From Elusimicrobiota bacterium (GTDB lineage Bacteria; Elusimicrobiota; UBA8919): a stretch of 12,457 nucleotides of DNA. Shown here piece by piece: positions 1-6,406 of the stretch (within the stretch, counting starts at the first letter, position 1; every line of letters begins with the position of its first letter). Below the pieces are notes generated by a model, which searched no databases, had not been told where the DNA came from, and saw only the letters and a list, made by a program, of their open reading frames with translations. The DNA is taken from positions 1 to 12,457 of the forward strand of contig JBDRIG010000088.1 in the NCBI GenBank assembly GCA_043816185.1, in the 5' to 3' direction. Made by a program: the position numbers and the translations under genes.

Positions 1-118
1 CCTTACCGGGGTTAAAGTCCGGTGTATATATTATACACCACTTTTGATCGTTTGAAAAGATCACAAAAGGTCTGCGCTTTTATGCGTTACTTTATGACCT
101 CCCCGGAAGGAAGCTTGC
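1..118 (-). ncRNA. Candidate structured RNA (multi-stem junction), family not recognised; strand inferred from adjacent promoter motif
   Basis: Plus-strand pairings: ccttaccgggg 1-11/ccccggaagg 101-110 (one bulge); ggtgtata 21-28/tatacacc 32-39; cttttgatc 41-49/gatcacaaaag 59-69; ggtc 69-72/gacc 96-99; possible pseudoknot taaagt 13-18/acttta 89-94. Confidence 0.35.
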
Positions 119-124
119 TTTTCC

Positions 125-133
125 ATTATACCA
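125..133 (-). promoter_or_regulatory. Extended -10 promoter motif (TGnTATAAT) pointing leftward
   Basis: Plus strand attatacca 125-133 reads TGGTATAAT on the minus strand. No good -35 hexamer seen. Confidence 0.4.
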
Positions 134-210
134 TTGCGAGAAGTGAATGAAATGAGCGACGAAGCAATCTCATGAAATTGCTTCAGCAACTTCCTTACTT
201 CGCAATGACA
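132..210. repeat. Palindromic REP/RPE-like element (CATTGCGAG...GAAGCAATC...ATTGCTTC...TCGCAATGAC type)
   Basis: Nested inverted repeats cattgcga 132-139/tcgcaatg 200-207 and gaagcaat 161-168/attgcttc 177-184. The architecture resembles Rickettsia palindromic element-like repeats (recalled, not searched). Confidence 0.7.
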
Positions 211-254
211 AGATAGGAATTTATTGTATATTAGATTTTTTCAAGGTTCACAAA

Positions 255-1463
255 ATTGGCAATTATTTTTTCCAAGCCATAAGATCGCTTTTATCAAACA
301 AAACCCGTTCCGTTCTTTCCATACTCGGCGTTTTAATCGGAGTGACAAGTGTTATAGCGATGCTCGCATTGGGGACTGGTGCGAAAGAGGATGTAAAAAA
401 AAAGATTTCATCGCTGGGTTCAAATCTTCTGACGGTAAGAGCGTCATCGCATCGTGTGGGTGGCGTCTCAATGGAATCCGGAGCAGTTACGAGGTTCACA
501 ATAGAAGATGCTAATGAAATCAGGGAAAAAATTTCAGGCATTGATAAAGTTGCCGCGCATGTAATGGGCCGTGGTCAGGCGGTTTATCAGGGCAAAAACT
601 GGAATACGCAAATTCAAGGAACGACGGAAGATTATCCCTATATGAAAAATGATCATCCGGTAATGGGCAGATTTTTTACAAAAAATGAGACAATCACCAG
701 GACAAAAGTCGCTGTTATCGGGCAGACAATTGTGAAACAACTTTTCGGCGATAAAAATCCGCTTGGTGAGTTTATTAAAATAAAAAGAATTGATTTTCAG
801 GTTATTGGTATTTTGCCTACAAAAGGTTCTTCCGGCTGGCAGGATGAAGATGACAAAATTATTATTCCACTAAATACCGCGATGTATCGGCTGCTCGGCA
901 AAGAATATGTTGACCAAATAAGTGTTCAGGTAGGCGATGCGAATTTGATGGATACCGTCAGTGATAAAATTAAAAAACTGCTTCTTACACTTCATCGTCT
1001 GTCAGAATCGCAAATAGATACAATAGAAATAAGGAATATGGCAGATATTCAGGAGACAGTTACATCAACGGTAAAAACATTTGCATATCTTTTGGGTTCA
1101 ATCGCATTTATTAGTTTGCTCGTCGGTGGAATAGGTATAATGAACATTATGCTTGTTTCCGTTACGGAAAGAACGAGAGAAATCGGTTTACGCAAAGCTG
1201 TTGGTGCCGACAATAACGATATACTTTTTCAGTTTATGATTGAGTCGGTTGTTATCTGTGTTTTAGGCGGCATCATCGGAATAATGTTCGGCTCGTTAAT
1301 TTCTTTTACGCTTTCAAAGTTTGCTGGTTGGTCAACAAAAATATCTTTATCGTCGGTTCTTTTAGCGTTTATATTCTCCATTGTAATCGGTTTGATTTTC
1401 GGTATCTGGCCTGCCAAAAAAGCATCGCAACTTAATCCTATTGACGCACTCCGCTATGAATAA
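255..1463 (+). CDS. MacB/FtsX-family ABC transporter permease (periplasmic domain plus C-terminal TM domain); start uncertain
   Basis: Contains SLLVGGIGIMNIMLVSVTERTREIGLRKAVGA and C-terminal PAKKASQLNPIDALRYE. In-frame homology (NYFFQAIRSLLSNKTRSVLSILGVLIGVTSVIAMLALG) extends upstream of the GTG at 342. The frame is open from 156 with no ATG/GTG/TTG before 342, so 255 (ATT) is an approximate start. Confidence 0.85.
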   Translation: MGNYFFQAIRSLLSNKTRSVLSILGVLIGVTSVIAMLALGTGAKEDVKKKISSLGSNLLTVRASSHRVGGVSMESGAVTRFTIEDANEIREKISGIDKVAAHVMGRGQAVYQGKNWNTQIQGTTEDYPYMKNDHPVMGRFFTKNETITRTKVAVIGQTIVKQLFGDKNPLGEFIKIKRIDFQVIGILPTKGSSGWQDEDDKIIIPLNTAMYRLLGKEYVDQISVQVGDANLMDTVSDKIKKLLLTLHRLSESQIDTIEIRNMADIQETVTSTVKTFAYLLGSIAFISLLVGGIGIMNIMLVSVTERTREIGLRKAVGADNNDILFQFMIESVVICVLGGIIGIMFGSLISFTLSKFAGWSTKISLSSVLLAFIFSIVIGLIFGIWPAKKASQLNPIDALRYE

Positions 1464-1502
1464 AAGCCACAATCGAGACACAAAGATTGTAAGATATGAG
1501 CG

Positions 1503-1538
1503 GTATCATAAATCCAATATTGGATTTAGGGTTGATAC
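1503..1538. repeat. Perfect 20-bp palindrome with outer inverted arms
   Basis: taaatccaatattggattta 1509-1528 is self-complementary, flanked by gtatca 1503-1508/tgatac 1533-1538. Confidence 0.7.
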
Positions 1539-1544
1539 GATGTC

Positions 1545-1573
1545 TTGACAAGTCATCACCATGATACTATAAT
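1545..1573 (+). promoter_or_regulatory. Consensus sigma70 promoter for rarA
   Basis: TTGACA 1545-1550, 17-bp spacer, TATAAT 1568-1573. Confidence 0.8.
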
Positions 1574-1579
1574 CAAAAT

Positions 1580-2827
1580 ATGAAAAATCAAAACAATGAC
1601 CAACCTCTTGCAGATCGAATAAGGCCTCATTGTCTTGATGATTTTTTTGGGCAGGAAGAAATAGTTGGAGAAAAAAAATTATTAAGAGAAGCGATAAAAT
1701 CTGATAGATTGCCGTCGATGATTTTTTGGGGGCCACCTGGCAGCGGAAAGACAACACTGGCTTTTATTATTGCTCAACAAAGTAATTCACAATTTAAGCA
1801 AATTAGTGCAGTTACCAGCGGCAAAAAGGATTTAATTCAAATTTTGGACGAAGCCAAAGAAAACAAAAAATTAGAGAGAAAAACAATTTTATTTATAGAT
1901 GAAATTCATCGTTGGAATAAAGCTCAACAAGACGCACTTTTACCTCACGTGGAAAAGGGATTGGTTGTTCTTATCGGTATGACTACTGAAAATCCCAGTT
2001 TTGAAGTAATTGGTGCCTTGCTTTCAAGGTGTCAGGTTTTTGTTTTCAAGCAGCTTGATAAGGAACATATTTCAAAAATAATCAGCAGGGCTTTAGAAAA
2101 TAAAGAGAGAGGATTTGGCAATCTCAATATCAAGATTGAAAAAAAAATTATTGATATGGTCGCCCAAATGAGTAATGGAGACGCGAGAAAAGCCCTTAAT
2201 GTTCTTGAATACGCTGTATTAACTTCGCCCGATAATCAAGTAGGTTCGCCTGTGATGAATGAAATAAAAATCACAGCTGATATTATAAAAGAAGCTTTTC
2301 AAAAATCTTATTTAATTTACGATAAGGACGGAGAGGAACATTATAATATTATTTCCACTCTCCATAAATCAATGAGGGGGTCGGATGCTAATGCGGCTCT
2401 TTATTGGTTAGCCAGAATGATTGAAGCTGGTGAAGATCCTTTATATATTGCCAGAAGAATTATTCGTTTTGCCTCAGAAGATATAGGACTGGCTAATTCG
2501 CGTGCCTTGGAACAGGCAACAGCTGCTTATCAAGCGTGCCATTTTATTGGAGTGCCTGAATGCAATGTCATATTAGCTCAGGCAGTTGTTTATATGGCAA
2601 AATGCAAGAAATCAAATGAGCTTTATTCTGCTTATCAAAAAGCCGCTCAAGATGTTAGGGAATATGGGAATTTGCAAGTTCCTTTGCATCTACGCAATGC
2701 TCCAACTCAATTAATGAAAGATATAGGATATACTAAAGATTATAAGTACAGCCCAGATTTTGATTATAAGGAAAAACAAGAATATTTTCCTAAAGAATTA
2801 AAAAATAGAAAATATGTGGAGGAATAA
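1580..2827 (+). CDS. rarA: Replication-associated recombination protein A (RarA/MgsA AAA+ ATPase)
   Basis: PLADRIRP, Walker A GPPGSGKTT, Walker B LFIDEIHRWNKAQQDALLP, TTENPSF, HKSMRGSD, ASEDIGLA, VPLHLRNAPT. Confidence 0.96.
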   Translation: MKNQNNDQPLADRIRPHCLDDFFGQEEIVGEKKLLREAIKSDRLPSMIFWGPPGSGKTTLAFIIAQQSNSQFKQISAVTSGKKDLIQILDEAKENKKLERKTILFIDEIHRWNKAQQDALLPHVEKGLVVLIGMTTENPSFEVIGALLSRCQVFVFKQLDKEHISKIISRALENKERGFGNLNIKIEKKIIDMVAQMSNGDARKALNVLEYAVLTSPDNQVGSPVMNEIKITADIIKEAFQKSYLIYDKDGEEHYNIISTLHKSMRGSDANAALYWLARMIEAGEDPLYIARRIIRFASEDIGLANSRALEQATAAYQACHFIGVPECNVILAQAVVYMAKCKKSNELYSAYQKAAQDVREYGNLQVPLHLRNAPTQLMKDIGYTKDYKYSPDFDYKEKQEYFPKELKNRKYVEE

Positions 2828-2829
2828 GA

Positions 2830-2952
2830 TTGAAAAAACGAAATATTGATTTAAGTAAATTGACAGTAGAAATTGAAAAAGAGATATCAAAAATAGATTT
2901 AAAAAATGCAAAATGGATTGATGGTTCTGACGTAATTAACCTTTTTATTTAA
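2830..2952 (+). CDS. Small 40-aa ORF or gene remnant (not in supplied ORF track)
   Basis: TTG start at 2830 with GGAGGA at 2818-2823. Translates MKKRNIDLSKLTVEIEKEISKIDLKNAKWIDGSDVINLFI* and fills the gap between rarA and the next gene. Confidence 0.4.
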   Translation: MKKRNIDLSKLTVEIEKEISKIDLKNAKWIDGSDVINLFI

Positions 2953-2967
2953 TGGAGACAAAATGTT

Positions 2968-3324
2968 ATGAGAAGATTTGTTTTATACCTGATCCGATGG
3001 CAATTGAGTACCCCAATTTTATGGATTGCAGTGCGTAATCTGGGAACTGGTATTTGGTCAACGGTTATAGCAAACTTAGTCGGAGGGGCAATATTTTTTT
3101 GGGTAGACAGGTTTATTTTTACCTCCAAAGCGGTTGAAGTTTGGCATATTAAAGAAGGGAAATGTGATCAATGTGGAACTAGGTCGCATCTATGGAGATT
3201 GGTTAAGACCGTGGGGTACGACCGTGGTGATGCAGCCCCTGTATTTTTATGTATGAAATGCTCTAAAGAAAAAACTGATGTTTTAAGGGAACAAGGTATT
3301 CCCGTAAAAGGCAAGAGTGGATAA
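2968..3324 (+). CDS. Hypothetical protein: N-terminal membrane hairpin plus CxxC...CxxC zinc-ribbon-like domain
   Basis: GGAG RBS at 2954-2957. Hydrophobic N-terminus YLIRWQLSTPIL...ANLVGGAIFFWVDRFIF, then CDQC and CMKC pairs. Confidence 0.8.
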   Translation: MRRFVLYLIRWQLSTPILWIAVRNLGTGIWSTVIANLVGGAIFFWVDRFIFTSKAVEVWHIKEGKCDQCGTRSHLWRLVKTVGYDRGDAAPVFLCMKCSKEKTDVLREQGIPVKGKSG

Positions 3325-3404
3325 TAGCTTGATTTAACTCGCGGTTTGTGAGTTCGTATCTCGTTTTTTGTTTCTTATTGTATCGGAAACTGAAGCGTGC
3401 TGTA

Positions 3405-3461
3405 GTAGGTTTGGTAGTGAACGGTTGGTAGGTTTTGTAGTGAACGGTCTTCAGACAGTAC
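3405..3461. repeat. 21-bp direct repeat (23-bp period) ending in a degenerate GTAG-type REP-like palindrome
   Basis: gtaggtttggtagtgaacggt 3405-3425 and gtaggttttgtagtgaacggt 3428-3448 (20/21 identical). GTAG followed by tgaacggtc-ttca-gacagtaca is an imperfect hairpin. Confidence 0.65.
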
Positions 3462-4583
3462 ATGTTTGATATGAATCATATCGATAGAAAATATATGCAG
3501 TTGGCAATAAAACTTGCCAAAAAAGGTGCAGGCAAAGCAAGTCCTAATCCTATGGTTGGATGTGTTATTGTAAAAGATGGAAAAATTATTTCAAAGGGTT
3601 ATCATAAATATTTTGGTGGTCACCATGCTGAGGTTGAAGCATTAAAAAAATGCCTGTCTAATAACAACTCGCTTCGTGGTGATGTGAGTATGGCAGATAG
3701 GCCATCGTTGATAACGAAAGGAGCAACGATGTACGTTAACTTGGAGCCGTGTTGTCATTACAATAAAAAAACACCACCGTGCATACCACAAATAATAAAT
3801 AGTGGTATAAAAAAAATTGTTATTGCATTAAAAGATCCAAACGAATTTGTTTCTGGAAAGGGAATAAAACAACTTCAAAAAAATAATGTAAAATGCGAAA
3901 TTGGAATTTTGGAGGACGAGGCAAAAAAATTGAATGAGGTGTATATAAAATATATCAAGACGAAAACACCATTCGTAATTCTTAAAATGGCATATTCTTT
4001 GGATGGTAAAACAAAAACGAAAACCGGTGATTCGAAATGGATAAGTTCTGAAAAATCCAGAAGAATTGTTCACAAAGTGCGAACTAATGTCGACGCTGTT
4101 TTGGTTGGTATAGGCACTGTCTTAAAAGATAATCCCTGCTTAACGTTGCACGGTACAGGAAAAAATCCTACAAGGATTGTGCTCGACGATAAATTAAAAA
4201 CTCCATTTGATTCAAATATATTAAACGCTGAAGCGAAAACAATAATCGCAACATCAAAAAATTCGGACAAAAACAAAAAAGAAAAACTTAAAAAAATGGG
4301 GATAGGTATAATTGAACTTCCGTCAAAGAATAATTTTTTAGATATCAAAAAGTTATTGAGTAAACTTGGGGAAATTGAAATTTCGTCATTGCTTGTTGAA
4401 GGCGGCGAAACAATTGCTCAATCATTTTTAAGAGAAAAATTGGTTGATAAAATTATGTTTTTTATTTGTCCAATTATAATAAATGACTATCCAAAAATTA
4501 AAAAAGCAATCAAATTAAAAAATGTTTCTTTAGCAAAAGTTGATGGTGATTTTCTTTTTGAATCACCTATCATTCATCGTTAG
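3462..4583 (+). CDS. ribD: Bifunctional diaminohydroxyphosphoribosylaminopyrimidine deaminase / 5-amino-6-(5-phosphoribosylamino)uracil reductase
   Basis: SPNPMVGCVIV, HAE, LEPCCH...TPPC zinc motif, SLDGK, SKWIS, VGIGTVLKDNP, LLVEGG. Start could instead be ATG 3471. Confidence 0.96.
   Translation: MFDMNHIDRKYMQLAIKLAKKGAGKASPNPMVGCVIVKDGKIISKGYHKYFGGHHAEVEALKKCLSNNNSLRGDVSMADRPSLITKGATMYVNLEPCCHYNKKTPPCIPQIINSGIKKIVIALKDPNEFVSGKGIKQLQKNNVKCEIGILEDEAKKLNEVYIKYIKTKTPFVILKMAYSLDGKTKTKTGDSKWISSEKSRRIVHKVRTNVDAVLVGIGTVLKDNPCLTLHGTGKNPTRIVLDDKLKTPFDSNILNAEAKTIIATSKNSDKNKKEKLKKMGIGIIELPSKNNFLDIKKLLSKLGEIEISSLLVEGGETIAQSFLREKLVDKIMFFICPIIINDYPKIKKAIKLKNVSLAKVDGDFLFESPIIHR
3652..3702. repeat. In-frame palindromic insertion within ribD
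   Basis: gcctgtct 3652-3659/agataggc 3695-3702 enclose actcgc 3667-3672/gtgagt 3684-3689. The span is 51 nt (17 codons). Confidence 0.6.
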
Positions 4584-4602
4584 TCATTCGTCGTTCATTA
4601 TT
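4561..4602. repeat. Degenerate 7-bp tandem repeat overlapping the ribD stop
   Basis: aatcacc tatcatt catcgtt agtcatt cgtcgtt cattatt. Confidence 0.65.
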
Positions 4603-4610
4603 AGTGCTAT

Positions 4611-5624
4611 ATGTTTGATTATTGTGGAGCAATCCATATTCATTCTTTTTATTCGTTTGATGGACACAGAAAAATGGAAGAAATTATTGAGTCGGCTAAC
4701 AGATGCGGGCTTGATTTTATCGTTGTAACTGATCATTTTTCGGTTGAGGCAAAAAAATATGAGGGCTGGCACAACAATACACTTGTTATTGTTGGAGAGG
4801 AAATTTCGCCGAGATATAATCATTATCTTGCCTTTGATATAAAAGATGCGGTTGTTGTTGATAAACAGGAAAATAATCCACAAAAATATATCGATGAAGT
4901 GAATAATCAAGGCGGATATGGTTTTGTTGGTCATCCAGATCATAGCGGCAATAAAAAGTTTTGCGTGAAATCATATCGTTGGAACGACTGGAGTGTAAAA
5001 GATTATTCTGGTTTTTGTATATGGGATTTGCAGACCGATTGGCAGGAAACATTAAAAAATTATCCAGCAGCACTTTTGAGTTATTTTTTTCCGACACATT
5101 TTTTTAAAGGTCCAAAAAAAGAAACGCTCAAAAGATGGGATGAAATAAATCAAAAAGAAAAAAAGTACGCAATTGGCGAAATAGATAATCACGATAGTGT
5201 TAAAAAATATTTAGGAATAAAATTAAAAATTTTTCCGTTTGATTTTGCATTTAGAACAATTAGAACGCATATAGTTTTAGATGGGCCGTTTTCAAAAAAT
5301 AATTCCGATATTGAAAAAGTTCACTTTGCTTTAAGGACAGGAAAATCCTTTATTTCGAATGATTATTTTTTAAGTGCGAAGGGCTTTCAATTTTATAAAG
5401 AAAATAATAGAATGATTGCCAAAACACCATCAAAAAAATCAAAAATAAAAATTATTAAAAATGGAAATTTATTCAAGGAATTCCGTGGTTCAGATACGAT
5501 AATTGTCGACATTAATCCGTCGGCACAAAAAGATGTTTACAGATGCGAATGTTATCTGAAGAAATTTGGATTTAGGCCATGGATTTTTTCAAACCCGATA
5601 TTTATTGCTCCGAGTAATGTGTGA
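4611..5624 (+). CDS. PHP-domain metallohydrolase (CehA/McbA-like)
   Basis: PHP motifs HIHSFYSFDG, VVTDH, GEE, NHYL, GHP, IDNH. Confidence 0.85.
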   Translation: MFDYCGAIHIHSFYSFDGHRKMEEIIESANRCGLDFIVVTDHFSVEAKKYEGWHNNTLVIVGEEISPRYNHYLAFDIKDAVVVDKQENNPQKYIDEVNNQGGYGFVGHPDHSGNKKFCVKSYRWNDWSVKDYSGFCIWDLQTDWQETLKNYPAALLSYFFPTHFFKGPKKETLKRWDEINQKEKKYAIGEIDNHDSVKKYLGIKLKIFPFDFAFRTIRTHIVLDGPFSKNNSDIEKVHFALRTGKSFISNDYFLSAKGFQFYKENNRMIAKTPSKKSKIKIIKNGNLFKEFRGSDTIIVDINPSAQKDVYRCECYLKKFGFRPWIFSNPIFIAPSNV

Positions 5625-5719
5625 ATGATGGTCCATACTATCTTCATTATGCATCTACAATCTCGGTTCTATAGTAGATATTTACATTTGATTATCACCA
5701 TATCGTCTTTATAAAAAAT

Positions 5720-6406
5720 ATGTTTACAGGAATAATTGAAGATTTAGGAATAGTAAAAAAAATTAATAAGGCACTTATTACCGTTGAAACAAAGCTTAGT
5801 GGTATAAAAATAGGTGATAGTGTTTGCGTTAATGGCGTTTGCCTTACGGCTTACAGGTTAACTGGTTCACAAGTTCACAAGTTCACGAATTCACAGGTTC
5901 GTAAGTTTACAGGCTCACGAGTTTATGAATTCACGGCGGACATTTCTGAAGAAACATATAATAGAACAAATTTAGGACGGATGAAGCCGAACGATAAAGT
6001 AAATCTCGAAAGAGCATTAAGATCTGACGGTAGATTGGGTGGACATTTCGTTACGGGGCATATTGATGGAACTGGAAAAATACTAAAAATAAAAAAATTA
6101 GAAAATTCTGAAGTTTGGTATTTTTCAATTCCGGAAAATTTGTCAAAATATATTACTGAGAAAGGCTCAGTATGTCTCGATGGAATTAGTTTAACAGTAG
6201 TTGAAAAAAAACCAGATTTATTTTCAGTAGTGTTAATTCCCCATACATTAAAAAATACGATATTTAAGGAGAAAAAAATTGGAGATACTGTTAATTTGGA
6301 AACGGATATGCTTGCAAAATATATTTTTGTACAAAATAATGCGAAAAGTAATAGTGAAAAAAATAAAATAACATCTGAAGCATTAAGAAAGGTAGGGTTT
6401 TTATGA
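5720..6406 (+). CDS. ribE: Riboflavin synthase (alpha chain; RibC in E. coli nomenclature)
   Basis: MFTGIIE N-terminus, GDSVCVNGVCLT, VNLERAL, RLGGHFVTGHIDG, KGSVCLDGISLT, IPHT, VNLETD. Confidence 0.96.
   Translation: MFTGIIEDLGIVKKINKALITVETKLSGIKIGDSVCVNGVCLTAYRLTGSQVHKFTNSQVRKFTGSRVYEFTADISEETYNRTNLGRMKPNDKVNLERALRSDGRLGGHFVTGHIDGTGKILKIKKLENSEVWYFSIPENLSKYITEKGSVCLDGISLTVVEKKPDLFSVVLIPHTLKNTIFKEKKIGDTVNLETDMLAKYIFVQNNAKSNSEKNKITSEALRKVGFL
5850..5937. repeat. In-frame degenerate 8-bp tandem array (11 units, consensus about TTCACAAG) within ribE
   Basis: cttacagg ttaactgg ttcacaag ttcacaag ttcacgaa ttcacagg ttcgtaag tttacagg ctcacgag tttatgaa ttcacggc. Confidence 0.9.

Noticed and set aside
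94..118. CCGGAAGGAAGC resembles SRP (4.5S) RNA helix 8
   Set aside because: The conserved flanks are missing (no CAGG before, no AGCAG after), and there is no long SRP-type hairpin around it.
224..514. 96-aa plus-strand ORF overlapping the permease
   Set aside because: It is an alternative frame over a clearly homologous gene with no recognisable motifs. Only its first codons matter, as a possible frameshifted start.
2223..2260. ttcgcc repeated 21 bp apart in a RarA loop (SPDNQVGSPVMNE)
   Set aside because: Only a short match, in a loop that is naturally variable in RarA, so insufficient to call an insertion.
3336..3375. Possible intrinsic terminator after the 118-aa gene
   Set aside because: The stem has two G-U pairs and the T-run starts about 9 nt after it, which is not canonical.
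3405..3448. Direct repeats as a mini CRISPR array (also considered for 8799-8879)
   Set aside because: Only 2-3 units, with no unique spacers of CRISPR length and no cas genes.
5625..5719. Weak hairpin atctac/gtagat in the PHP-ribE spacer
   Set aside because: A 6-bp AT-rich stem is expected by chance, and no riboswitch signature is present.
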